Assembly (NCBI GenBank): GCA_904063045.1
Contig: CAJFCJ010000011.1
Location: forward strand, 930,001-994,000
DNA length: 64,000 nt
Origin: Dimorphilus gyrociliatus
Lineage: Eukaryota > Animalia > Annelida
Direction: 5' to 3'
The notes under the pieces were generated by a model that saw only the letters and a program-made list of their open reading frames with translations, ran no database searches and had not been told where the DNA came from. Position 1 is the first letter of the stretch. Each line of letters opens with the position of its first letter. Below are positions 1-13,900 of the stretch, in pieces. The position numbers were made by a program, and so were the translations under genes.

Positions 1-1177
1 ACGCTGTCCAACAGACTGCACTTTATAATCGTATTGATCGGCAAATAGAAACAATATTTGTCCTTCATTCTTACATTAAAGATGTCTCGAAAACTGTATT
101 TCTTGGAATAATTCTGTAAGTTAGCGTACAGTTAACTATTCAAATATATTAGAAACACAATTTAGCATACCTTATAATATGTTTTAAGAATACAATAAAT
201 TCAACGGCAAACTCGAAAAATATCATTGGAAGATATAATTTTCCATCTAACTTGTCTAAGACCTCAAGGTATATAATAAATTGATACAAAAATAAAGTTA
301 ATTAAGGTGCAATTAAAAAAGCGATTCGTGTTCTCTTTCGTTCCTGGTGTCAATGATATGTCGATAGAATTCATGATATTGATTGCATTACTTTAAAGAC
401 TTATTTATTGTATCCATTTTGATCCAGAGGGATTGATTTAGAGAATTTTAATATTACTAATAAATTTTTGCCTAATTTGTATAGATTCTATTTTATTTCA
501 GTTTTTATTGAATTAAACGAAAACACATAAATATTTGCAAGTAACCACCGTGAAAATTAAACCATGATTAATTTGAGCTTCCTTTGTTCAATGCTTTTCA
601 AATATAGTTTTTACTTTATTCAAAAGAGCTTGATATCATATTTAGTTTATATTTATTGATAACTAAACGCAAAATATTCCAGTTTCTTTGACAGAATCAA
701 TAAAGAATTTATTTCTTCAAGATCTTCTAGCTTTGGTACTAATTATCAAGAGAAAATATTTACCAAGAGACGCCCACAGTAATATCGAATTTCTGAAAGT
801 TATAATGTTCAATTCTTATTTTAATATGCAATAATTTAAGCCTACTTGCAATAGTAAAATACTTCGTGGATCAGGAATATTATTGTCCTAATGGATAAAC
901 TAAAAGAATATAGATGATTTATAGATAATGATTGAATTTATTACTAACTAAAAAAATAACTAAATAATTTAAGCATTCCACGTTCAAAGGTAACTTTTAT
1001 GAGGATCTATATTCTTCTAGACAGCAGATCAAAACAGTTAAAAATATTTTAGACAGGTAGCCAGTCCAGCCAGTGAACGTCAACTTTTGGTTTCCAATGG
1101 TGTCACGGAAAACATGCGATCAATATAGTAGTTTAGAATTCAAATCAGACTAGGACGGCTGAGCTTAACACTTGAAT

Positions 1178-4100
1178 ATGCCTGAAGACTCGTAAGTTTT
1201 TTTCTCGCTCAAATATTAAATTTATACACAATCCAGAATAAAATATATAGATTTTTAAAATCTATTTATTTATCAAATATGAGTATATTCCCTAAGCTAA
1301 TAATTATTCTATGTTTTAAAAAAGTGTCAAAGTAGCCGTCCGGGTGCGGCCGTTCAATCAAAGGGAGAAGGATAGAAAAGCTGTCTTAATTATTCAAATG
1401 AACGGCCAACAGACAACGATAAAAAATCCTGATACTCCTAGTAAGCTTATATTTTTTTAAATCATATTTTACATCTTACGCCTTTGAATCCAAGAAAAGT
1501 TGATTTATTATTATTATTAATTTGTTAAAAAAGCCTACTATAAAATAATAATAGCATTTAATTTTTTCCCTTGCAGAAGATGAACCTAAGAAGGTAAATA
1601 TAATTAAACATATTGTATAATTATTGTTCAATTCATATCTTTTTCATTCAATTTTCAAACGCTAAATAGTTTGCCTTCGACTATTCTTATTGGTAAGCTT
1701 GCTGTAGTATAATAAAGATATCAAGAAATAACTTTTCTTTTCTACTTTTTCTAAGGTCACATGACGGTTTTTCAGAAGATGCTAATGGTATTCTGCAAGA
1801 AACCAATTCTAAATACTCTAGCCAACGTAAAGTATTTAACGATCTTGGACAAGGTGTATTAGATAATGCCTTTCAAGGTATGAAAAAACATTATATAACT
1901 CCTCAATTTAATATTTAAATTAAAAGAGAGAATTTTACGAAGTTACAAAGAATAAATTATCGACTTAGCTGTATTGAACATACCATTGTTTTTCAGGTTA
2001 CAATTGTTCATTGTTTGCCTATGGACAAACAGGATCTGGTAAATCCTATTCTATGGTCGGTTATGGTGCTAATAAGTAAGAAAACATTATTCATTTTGAC
2101 AAAAGAATACTCTCTGGACATTAACCCATTTCTTTCTCTAGAGGAATTGTTCCAATGACATGTGACGAACTATTCAAAACTATGACAAAGGGAGCGGATT
2201 CAAATAAGGTGGGGTTTGGATACTCAAGCTGTTTGTTTATTGCTCTTTTCAGGCGGATTTAAATGCGGTCTACAATAAAGTATTAAAAAATATCCATAAA
2301 AATACACACAGAATTTGGTATCTAAATACTTTGATATAAATAGTCACGAACAAGACAAATTTATTTTTAGGCATTATTCTTTCATTCAAAGAGACAAAAT
2401 ATTTTCAAATATATTGTAATATCAAGAAATTAGGAAATGTATACTTACAGCTATATTTGTACTAATAAATCCTACAAGAAAAATCAGAATGAATAATTCA
2501 TTTTTTACTTCCTTATTTTCTTAACAGAGGTATGAAGTTACATTTTCAATGCTGGAAATTTATAATGAACAAGTCCGGGATCTTTTATCAAAGGATAACC
2601 CTAAAGGAGGGTTACAAGTTAGACAAAATCCCAAATTAGGCTTATTTTATGTAGTCAATTTAAAAAAAGTTCCGGTAGGAAGCTATAAAGAAATTGAACA
2701 GCGTATGGATCAAGGTACAGCCAATAGGACAGTGGCATCCACGAATATGAATGCTACTTCGTCCAGAGCTCATACGGTTGTCACAATTACTTTTGATCAA
2801 ATTATTAAAAAGCCTGATGGAGGTGAAACAAAGAAGAGTTCAGTAATGAATTTGGTGGATTTAGCTGGCTCCGAAAGGGCGGAGAGTACAGGAGCTACAG
2901 GGGATAGGTTAAAAGAAGGAGCAAATATTAATAAATCATTATCAGCTTTAGGAAATGTAATATCGGTAAGAATACTGTTGCAAATTATTTAAGATGTAAT
3001 TCAATTTTATAAAATTCCTTCACAAAAGGCTCTCGCCGAAAAATCAACTAGCAAGAAAAAAATTCTCGTTCCTTATAGAGACTCTATTCTAACTAAGCTC
3101 CTTCAGAATGCTCTTGGCGGGAATTCAAAGACTGTAATGATAGCCGCCTTATCTCCTGCGGATATTAACTATGATGAAACATTATCAACCCTCAGATACG
3201 CTGATCGAGCAAAGAAGATTAAGAACGAAGCTGTTATTAATGAAAATCCTATAGACAAGCTAATAAGAGATCTAAAAGAAGAGAATGAAAGACTAAAGAA
3301 AGCGTTGGAACAAGGAGGAACTATAGATACGGATCGAAAGACAGGTATGTCTGATAATGAGCTCATAGAAATGAGACGACAAATGGAAGAAGAAATTCGT
3401 CAAAATTTAGCCCAAATGGGAGAAGGCCAAACATTTGAAGAAAGATTAAAGGAGGCTCAGGCTGAGGTAACAAATGAACCAGCCGATCGTTCTGCTTCTG
3501 TACCACATCTCTCAAACTTAAATGAAGATGCTATGCTCAGCGGAAAGTTACTTTTCTATCTGGAAAAGCCGTCAACTAAATTTGGTAGAAAAGATGCATC
3601 GACTCCGTGCGATGTTCAGTTATCTGGTTTAGGAGTATTAAAGGAACATGCCTCTATAGAAAATAATAAAGGAGAATTCGAGATAAAACAATTAGATCAA
3701 AATGCCAAAATTAAAGTCAATGGATCGCCTGTTAAAGGAACAATGAAATTAGAACACCGTGACAGATTGCTCTTTGGGTCAACACATTTGTACGTATTCC
3801 AAGATCCATCTCAGCGAAAGAAAAATGAACAACCAGTCACTTGGGAAGAAGCTCAAAATGAATTGGCCCAGGCTAAGGGCTTCTTTATGAGCGATAATTT
3901 ATCCAGGGATCAGCAAATAGCTCAGGAACAAATAATAGAACTTTTACCCTGGGTGAGCGAAGCTAATGCTATTTCAGAGGAATTAAACAAACGAAAATCA
4001 TTTGAAGTTGTTCTTATTGCTGCTGCTGCTCAAGAATGGGATGTAAATAAGGAACGTACCACTAAGGTTACAGTAAAAATGAAGGATTTGATAAATAACA

Positions 4101-7100
4101 ATACGTGGCTTTGGGATAGAGCCAAGTTCACGAACAGGCGTTTTCTGATGGCAGATATGTATATGAAATGGTTAGAAGGGGATATTGATATTTCAAAAAT
4201 ACCAAAAGAAGAAGATCCCTTCTGGGAACCAACCGAGGATGTTTTAATTGGAATAGGTAATTTCTTTCCTCAAGCTTTGGGATACGCCTTAGATTTTGAT
4301 GATGTTATTGAAATCACTGATTATAAAGGTCAATTTGAGGGGCAGCTCTCAATGCAAATAATACCATGCTCAAAGAATGGTAAGCCAAATTCAACAGATG
4401 AATATTTGGACGATCCTTCTGAACTATTAGGAAAAGAGTTTACTTTTAAAGTTGTCACAAGATCGTTACAAATTCAAAAAGCAAGATTCTCAAAAGGTCT
4501 TTTCGTAAAATATAAAGTTTTTAAAGACGAAGAATATGTTAAAACCGATATAATAAAAGGAACATTAGCACCGGAGTTTAAGCATACGAAAATTTATCAT
4601 TTCCCAAAAATTACACAAGAGCACTTAGATTTTTTCGAAAATGGATGTGTCTCTTTTCTGGTCTACGGCATTCAAGAAGACACATCAGGAGATAAGAAAT
4701 TGAGCAAAATGACAACAAAAGAGTTAAGACAAATTGACCACATGAAACAACCTGTCGAGAATAATGATCCTAAAGTTAGAAGCGCTAGTCTGCACGATGT
4801 AGCACACTTAAAATCAGAATATATGCTTCTACAAAGAAAATTCGAAAGATTAGAGATGAAAGAGAGGAGAATCAAGGTTACTATTTTTATATCACAAATA
4901 TGCTTTATTAAATGTGAACATCTGCTACAGAGAATTGTAGATGAATGGGAAAAGAAGTCTGAAGAAGAAAAGGACTTTACAAAATTTTTTAATGTCGTTC
5001 AGGCAGCTGCACATGCAACGGGAACAAAACTTAAAACAAGAGTACAAGCAGTGAATAGGGTATGTCTGTTTTCATCATTTTATTTTTTTATCTGCATAAA
5101 TTATTGTGCATGCATATGCATTAATTGATTTAGTTGCTTCCTGTAAACTTTCTTGTGAATTTATCACAACTTATTTATTAATAACTAAAGATATTAATAT
5201 CATTATCTATGATTATTTGCTTGTAATTATCTTAAGCTACAACTAGGCTATTGTTCACAGCACGTTGTATAATATCCTACACAGCATTATGCCTATATCA
5301 CTGATTTATCTCAGATTATGTTACTAAAGTATATAAATTTATATACAGTATATAGTACTTTTATATATATATATATATATAAGAACCTAGGATATTTATT
5401 CATACTTTATAAACTATATATATATATATATATATGTATACAGTAAATATATATAAATGTATATAGTATATACAGTATATTTTGTATATATGTACTTGTA
5501 TAAAATTAATCCCATTAATAGAGAAGCCTGTTAGGTATAACTAATTACTAATTAGTGTCCTATTGCACCGAAATTCCTATAGGCTTTACGAGGTTTAAAA
5601 CTGGTCCAACAACGCCCAGAATCTAACGATGATGTGAGATGCTCATTATCTTTTATTATATAAAAAATTTTCATTTTACGAGGAATTATTGTCGTTGTAT
5701 TTTACCTTATTCAATATTCCAATATTTATCCTATCCCTCGTCCAAAACTGTCCGGTTTCTTATTTTTATTACTAGTGTTGTTTTTAAGCACCGCTTATTA
5801 TCATTTTTTTAGAGCACAATTATTAACTTATTAATCGACAAAAACATTCTAAAAACAAACTTTTTTCTCAAAGTCACGATGCAGCGCTTTCTTTTTTTTG
5901 ACTCTTAACAAATTTTTTAATGAGGTTGAACAAATTTAGAATTTTTATTTTTAAAAAAAAAAAAACAGAACACTTGAAAATAAGAGATCAATTCGCAAAA
6001 ACAAGTCTCTTTCAAACGATTATTATTGTAAGATTAGCCGAATATGTTAGACTATTTTGATATTCAAAATAGAAAATTTTGTACTTGAATGAATAAGCAA
6101 CGTATTAATAAACTCTTTGAGGGGAAAATTTATTGAATTATAATAATTCATGCTGTTTGTAAACAAAACTATATAATATTGGGAAATCCTTGACAACAGT
6201 GGCGTTTAATATACAATCTATATTGCATGGTAAATTTTATAATATGCATAGCAGTTACAGATCAATTAGAGCAAGAATAATTAATTAGAATCTCTCAGCA
6301 ACCAATTAACACTTTTTTGTCTGATTACAAAGTTCATATCAATAATTAATTATCAAAAAGAAATATACATAGCTTGCTTATCATTTAAGTCCTAAATTAC
6401 CATTCTCAGTAGAATAAATTGAGATATTCTTCTTGCTTATTTACAATTAGTTACATTTCAATTTATATAAACACTCGTCAATTGAATTACCATATTGTTA
6501 ACAGATAGAGAGAGAGAGGAGATATAAAGGGAGACAATATGTAATATGAAATCAAGAGAAAATTTTGCGAAATGGTCAAAAAACTTGTTTTTTATTTTAA
6601 AAAAAAAATGATTTAAAGCGCTTGTTTGTGACATAAAGGCGACAAACAAACAGCAAAAAAACTATTTATAATTTCAGCGTGGCAGCGAGGCGATCAGTTT
6701 GCATTATTTCGGTGAAGATGAAGAAGAAATGGCTCGGATTGCACAGTCAAACAATGGTTTTGTTGATTACAATAAATTGAAGCAAAAACTGCCAGAAATT
6801 GACGTAAGAAGTCGAATACCAGCTTATTATAGTTTAACTAATCGTTAATATTAAAAAGAAAGAAAGATATATTTGTAGTGACTTTCGCACTTGAATTAGC
6901 GCACTTAGCTATTTTATTTAAAAGATAGAACGACATTTAATTTACCATATATGTAGTATTCTTACCTAATGTGGTTTATTCCTAAAATTTTTAACCCATC
7001 ATAGCTATAGTAGTTGTTTAGATGTAGTCCCATATTCCTTACGACGGATAAAGAGTTATTCAAATGTAAACCTACCTTTTGCTTGTTTCAAATGAAACAG

Positions 7101-7358
7101 GAGTCATGTCTTGGCGATTTAAGGTTTTTTGCCACTTCTATCCTCCTGTTATGGAATGGCAAAGGGTGTAGTCTGAATACCTATTTATCTTCTATTTCAA
7201 TGAATTCATATTTGCAATTATTTCAATTTTTTCGACGTTTTCAGGTACTAGCTGCTCATCGACGAGCAATTCAATCACAAATGGACGAGAGAAGAGAGAA
7301 AAATAATAACCAACAAAATGGAGATAAAACTGAAAGTAAGGCATGTGCAATTCAATGA
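1178..7358 (+). CDS. KIF28: Kinesin-3 family motor, KIF28/KLP-6-like (motor - coiled coil - FHA - C2-like region), multi-exon, ending in CAIQ
   Basis: ATG at 1178. Exons 1178-1191 and 1325-1440 give [19 protein letters not shown]. Later exons encode [13 protein letters not shown]-loop GQTGSGKS, switch I NATSSRAH, switch II DLAGSER, and [22 protein letters not shown]...[13 protein letters not shown]. An FHA-like region follows (HLSNLNED...[11 protein letters not shown]...[11 protein letters not shown]). Intron 4877-4930, donor at 5060, internal exon 6678-6803, last exon 7245-7358 (VLAAHRR...KACAIQ*). Confidence 0.9.
5341..5480. repeat. TA-dinucleotide-rich tract with three TACAGTA interruptions (kinesin intron)
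   Basis: Two (TA)n runs near 5362-5381 and 5415-5435, with TACAGTA at 5344, 5439 and 5471. Confidence 0.8.
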
Positions 7359-10087
7359 TATTCAACCAAAAACACTGGAGTTTTTCTTTTTTTTTTATTA
7401 TTTTATTAACTGTGACTCTAATAATATAATGTTTTTGCTAATTGATTATGACACGCTATTTTGAAGAAATGAATAAATATTTGTTTCACTTTGTTAATAA
7501 TCACTTTCGTCACTTATCTACTATATCTACTACTATATAGTACTATTAGGATAATATCAAACAAGCTATATAGTACACAATCCCGATCATACTATATAAT
7601 TTCTTTCAGATATTTGGACATGATCACTAACAAAACATATCCATTAATCTATTATTAATTCTCTAATTTTACATGAAATGCTTTGACAATCAACTATATT
7701 TCTTTTTGGTTATTGTGCTTTTAATATATTTCACTTCTAATCAAAGTAATTCATAATTTTACAAAATACAATTTAGAATAAGGATTAGTAAATACAAAAA
7801 TTATATGAACGATCAGGAAGGTATATACGCATTCAAGTTATATTCAAAAGCATACTAAAGACTTAGTGCTTATTTATTTCTATATTTGAAAAAGTTGCTT
7901 ATATCCGATTGAGAAATTTCGCTAATCCTTTTAAACAGATGATTATCAACACGATCGACGGATTAACAATATTCCTATATTATATTGTCTGTTTTTGCTG
8001 TTAAACGATCATACTGCCATCTGGTATATAATATCGAAATTCCTGATATACCAGGAAAATGTGAACTAAAACAGTTCAGTACCTTTTAAACGATCGAAAA
8101 ATAATGAGATCGATTATAATAGGATAAACTAGACTACTGTATTTTTTTCATTGTAGGCAACATTTAGCAGATATTAATCAGTGACGATACAATGACAGTA
8201 AGAAAAAAATCAAAGAGAGAAATCATCTATTAGGCCTTCACCGGAATGGGTGGGGTTGGGCTTTAGTAGGAGGCGGAAGCTATGAAAAATACTAAAGAGC
8301 CATATTTACCGTTAAAATTTTCTAGCCCCCACAATTGTTAAAATGTTATACATACTAATCAAATGGAATGTTTTAAAAAACAATTTATCAAAATTTTGTC
8401 ACTTTTGCCGTGTTTGGAGAGGAAAATGTTTCGAATGATAGGCTTTAAACATAATTTTTCTATTAATTTTCAATTCCCTATTTCAAAATATCATATTTAA
8501 AAGATCAAGTTTTTTTTATTTAATTAAACACTACTGAAATAAATAAATAATTGAAATATAGTGAAAAACAATATAAAAAATAAGTCCTCGTTAGTTGAAG
8601 AAATCTTGCGCTAATTGAAATATTAATCTACATTCCAGAACAGAGGCCTACACGAACAATGGTATAAAAATAGATTGGTTGCCAATAGAGCAGGAAACTG
8701 TGTTTGAATTTTTTCTTCTTATATATAGAATTCTCTTTTACGTAACCCGTAGAGAAAATATTTGATTTAATTAACTAAATACTTCCGTTGGAGATAATCT
8801 TACGGGAAATTTTCACTTTCTGCATACTTTTAAAATAATTTAAAATTTTTATCCTAAAAAAATAATGCTTACTTGATCTTACAAAAGAAAGAAGACGATT
8901 GTAGTACCAAATTGAATAGTCTTATTTATACTCTGTACATTAATTATAATAGGTACTGCGAGGAATAATTAAGGTCGGTAAGAGCAGATTTTTATTTAGC
9001 TCAACAAATACTTTCAGTCAATTAATTGCAGTACATAAACCCATCCTCTGCAAATCTTTTTGTTAGATAACAACGAATGCAATTTATAGACTACCCTTTG
9101 AAAAAATATTTCTTCTCTCAAGAATGTGATTTACGAAAGGTAGAGTTGAATTCCTTAAAAAAAAACAGCTTATTTACAACCTAACGTATGTCACGTTTCA
9201 CCCGCCCACAATGCGAAAAATATGTATTGCGAGGGAATCATGATCTCTTCTTTGTATTAAACAAATAAAGTTTAACCAGCATACGATTTCGTGATATTTA
9301 AGCCTATATTCAAATTATTTCTTCTAATCGAAGTTCCGGGTCAGATATTGACATTATAAAGTTTATTTTTATTTAATTATTCTATAATTTTCAATTCAAA
9401 ACACGCTAGGAAATTTCTTGTTAATAACATTTGTTTATAAATAATTCGACTGTAAACCCACTGATGAAGCAATTTATTTTAAGAATTTAAAATTTATCGA
9501 ATAGATGAAATATTGATTTTTAAAAAAGGTAATAGTTGTGTATATACACTTTTAATTTTACTATGAGCTATGAGTTATAAGTTTCTTTGAACATTTTTAT
9601 CAATGAAAATATTTCCTGTGCTAGAGTAATATTTCCGGTGTTGTTACGCAACTAAATAGTATTTACTTAATAATATGATGAGTAAATTTATAAGAGAAGG
9701 TCTTTACTTACTCTTTAAAATAACTACTAAAAGCAAAGAAAACAAATGCCAAGGACTACTGAATACTAAACTGATAATGGAAAACTGTCAATATATTCTT
9801 GTATTTCTCTTTCTACATATTTTCAACCTTTTATTTATTCTGAGATTAAAAAACCATCATTAAAACAGAAATAATTCTTTTTAAAACATACGATTAATTA
9901 TTCAGGAATGATGTGATTGCGTAATATTAAGTCAGTATTCACAAGCATGTGACCTGGCAAAACAATGACAATAAAAATATAGGTGTGATATGCAAACTAA
10001 AGACGCTTAATAAGGTAGGAATGTCGCTGCTACCAATGATGTTGGAAAGCGGTGAGTTAGTCATTGATTTACACCTATACGAAAAAA

Positions 10088-10149
10088 CCACCACCCCCCC
10101 CCCTACACTTTTCTATAAATACAAGAAGCGGTAAAAATGGATGTCATTC
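10088..10149 (+). promoter_or_regulatory. Probable TATA + initiator core promoter of the VWA/EGF gene
   Basis: CACCC/C-tract at 10088-10103, TATAAATA at 10114-10121, and Inr-like TCATTC at 10144-10149 at canonical spacing (about 30 nt). Donor AAG|gtatgt at 10291 and acceptor tttcag at 10948 define a non-coding first exon, which contains a 4-codon uORF (MRIG*, 10192-10206). Confidence 0.5.
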
Positions 10150-10950
10150 GAAGATTGTCCTCCACAGCAGCAACGTTTTCTTGGAAAGCGAATGAGAATA
10201 GGATAATTATATAATTGGTGATTTAATTAATTCAACAAAACGCACTGAAATAGTTGGAATTGGAATTTTAGAATAGAAAATTAAAAAAAGGTATGTTATA
10301 AATTATTCTTCTTTCGGAAATTTTTTAAATATTTAATGGTGAAATTTTGAACGATGGACAGTCATGAAGTTACTATTAATTTCGTCTTCAATGGCTTAAC
10401 ACTTCTTTTTATATAGATTTGTTTAATCTATCTTTTTTATGTAAAAAAGATTTAGATTTAAAAGAACGGTATTAAAGATTTTTTAATAATTTTAATATAG
10501 AAATTGATTCTTTTAAAAGTATCTATTTTATTTTATATTTATTATAACGATTTTTGTATAATTCTTCAAGTTTAATATTCTGGGTTATCTAAGGCTTGAA
10601 AGTGAATTTAATAGTAAATTATGAAGGTATTTCAACTATTGACGTTAGAATGAATAATCGTTGCAAGAAGATTAAACACCTTTTAGAAAAACTAAATTTG
10701 TTCTCTTGGGTCACGAGAGCATTTCTGAATAGGTTTTGTGACTTTACCCCAGTTTTGGGCCAAATTTGTTAATAGACCCTTTTTCGTCCAATAATATAAC
10801 AGAGGAATACAGCTCAATGAAGCGAATATTCCGTCTGGATATATTGACATAATACGCGGTGCGTTTCTATTGATTTGCTATCGATGTTCATTTCGTATGC
10901 ATGTATGAAATTCTTGTTTCATTTGCTTAACGTTCATCTAACTTTCAGAT

Positions 10951-13900
10951 ATGTCTTTGGTAATATTTGCCGCCCTTTGTTACTTGGTATCTTCGGCACC
11001 AACGACGCCAACACCTAAAGAAGAACTAGTCGCCAACGAAGGTAAAAAATATTTTCGTTTCTTTTTCATAAATATTAAGTTTAAAACGGCAACATCTTTA
11101 TAATGGTTAAATTATATTCACTAAAAGAGCAAGGAGCAAGCTCTTTAACTTTAAAAGAGCAACAAATAACAAATTGATCAGTAGAAAAAATGAATCAATT
11201 TCTGCCTATATTCTTTATTATTTACTCAAGAAAATTTCATCTTGAACGTAACCTTTGACTACAGACTTTGTAAATATAAAGTCGTCTGAGAACAGGTTCA
11301 GATATTTTCTCCTGTAATTGTATAACCTTTGGCTAGGTTACCAGGGACAAATATGTTCACTGTTCTTAACAGTCATTTACGTAATAAATTATTCATGAAA
11401 ACTTAATGCTGAGTCATTAGTTAAATATTTAGACAAAAAATATAGGCTTTATTTCAAAGAATTGAATAATTGACACTTAGTATCATTGTTAAAATCATCT
11501 GTTCTCTTTTTTTTAGAGTGTACCCTCGCTGATGTTGTATTCGTACTCGACTCTTCTGGATCAATCACACTTCCAAATTGGCAAAAAATTCTTAGTTTTG
11601 TACAACAAACAATTGCTGATTTAAATGTTGGTCCTCATTCAACAAGAATTGGTCTCCTAACCTATGGTAATAGAGCTACTATTCAATTTCATCTGAACAA
11701 ATATTCAGATAAGCAATCAATTATAAATGCTGTCGAAAACATAAAATGGAAAAACCAAAATACAAATACTTCTGGTGGGATTTATGTTATGGATAAAGTA
11801 ATGTTCTCATCAGAAAATGGGGATAGACCTAGAGCTCCCAATGTTGGTATTATAATAACAGATGGCGTTAGCAGTGAAAATTATGGAGCTAATTTGACCA
11901 TACCTTATGCTGAAGAAGCACGGAAAAGGGGAGCTACCTTGTTTGCAATAGGAATTGGAGACAAAATTAGTATGAAAGAACTTGATGGAATTGCTGGAAA
12001 TAGTTCTAATGTTATGCTAGCAACAGACTTTGATACTCTATCAACAATAAAAGCAGCAATTGTCTCTAAAACTTGTGAAGTTATCGTTGAATGTAAAAGC
12101 TCTGCTGATATAGCTTTCATTCTTGATACTAGTGGAAGTGTTGGACCCCAAAAGTTCGACTCAATGAAAGGTTTCGTTAAGACGATGATTGATAAGCTAA
12201 ATGTCGCCGAAGATTATTCTAATGTTGCTGTCGTAACATATTCAGATAATCCAAAGTTAGAGTTTGACTTAACTTCTCATCAGACCAGAGATGATTTGAA
12301 AAATGCCCTTGATAAAGTTAAATATAGAAGTGGTAGTAGCAACACAGCTAGTGCCCTAAGGTTGGTATCTAATAGAATTTTCTCAATGGCTGGAGGAGAA
12401 GACACTAGACTTAGAAATATTGCCGTCTTGATAACAGACGGAAATTCAAATGATTTGGCAGAAACTATAGAAGCAGCTAAAGAACTAAAACTTAGAGGAG
12501 TTGGAATTTTAGTTTTAACAGTAGGAAATGTGGATTGGATAAATTTCCATGAAATTTATGAAATTGCATCAGATCCTGATACTCTAAATGTTTTCCGAAT
12601 AACAGATTTAAATAATATTAATGGTGTTGCAAGAAGACTAAAAACAGCTTTGTGCGATGAATCAATCGCATGCGAACCGAACCCTTGCCATAATGGAGGA
12701 GTCTGTATTCCCAGACTTGGTAATTACGTCTGCAACTGCAAAAATGGTTGGGCTGGAGATCATTGTACACTTCCATGCAAGCAATCAGCTGATATAGTCA
12801 TTGCTTTAGACTCGAGTGGATCAATTGGAAATCAAAATTTTTATGGTCTGTTAAATACAATCAAAGATTGGATAGCAAATATTGATCAAGTAAGTTCGTT
12901 TATTTTATGGTTTTTATCATATTCAGTTATCATTTCAATCTGAACAGAACTCTCAAATCGGTTTACTGACTTTCTCTGACACAACGAAAGTTGAATTCAA
13001 CCTAAATACCTACACTGGACGATACCAAATAAGAGATGGTGTCAGTTTTCCATATCGTCGCGGAGGAACCAACACAGCTGATGCATTAAGAGTTATGAGA
13101 ACTAAAATGTTCCGTTCCGAGACTGGTGATCGGCCAAATGTACAAAATATTGGCATTCTTATAACCGATGGCAAGTCAGGCAATAAAGAAGAAACTTTCA
13201 ACGAAGCTATTTTGAATAGGAATGCTGGAATTCATATGATTTCGATTGGGGTTGGGGTATCTGGCAATAAGTATGCCCAACAAGAGCTCAGAGGGATATC
13301 TTCCGATCCTGACAATGTAAATCTTATTAATGTTGATAAATTTTCCGACTTGCCCAATATTACAGAAAAAATCATACATTTAACTTGTAAAACTGAGAAA
13401 TCCTGTGATCCCAATCCATGCAAAAACGGAGGAGTTTGTTTTGAGCGCACTGGTTCCTATGAATGTAGTTGTACTGTTGGTTGGACAGGAAAGAATTGCG
13501 ATCGCTCTTGCTCAATTGGAGATAAAGTAGACTATGCTATAGCCATTGATTCATCTGGATCTATTAGAGAAAGCAGGTTTATTTTAGTCTTGGAAGAAGT
13601 TAAGAAAATAATAGATAAAATGCAAATTTCTAACGAAAAAGCAAAAATAAGCTTGGTAAAATTCTCTGATGACGCGGAAATCATTTTCCCTTTAAATAGG
13701 TATAACAAGAAGGAGGATATTCTTCAAGCGGTAGAAAATGTACGATATACTCACGGAAAAACTAACATTGCCGCTGTTCTAAGATTAGTTAGAGAAACTG
13801 TATTTAATTCCAACAATGGCGACAGAGCAGATGCTCCAAATATACTTCTCTTAATATCAGATGGCTCGCCGACTGTGGAAGAATCCGCAACTATACCAGA

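Noticed and set aside
1-420. Exon-like segments at the left edge (a minus-strand intron-like stretch at 114-170 with gtatgc and ctaac-ttacag; plus-strand donor gtaagt at 116)
   Set aside because: Partial frames exist on both strands, but I could not build a consistent model or recognise a family. It may belong to a gene outside the window.
7014-7244. N-terminal part of the 114-aa ORF at 7014-7358
   Set aside because: It is intron sequence. Only 7245-7358 is the kinesin last exon.
8157-8197. Segment with strong splice sites (ttttttcattgtag...gtaaga)
   Set aside because: All three frames contain stops and no partner exon was found. At most it is a non-coding exon.
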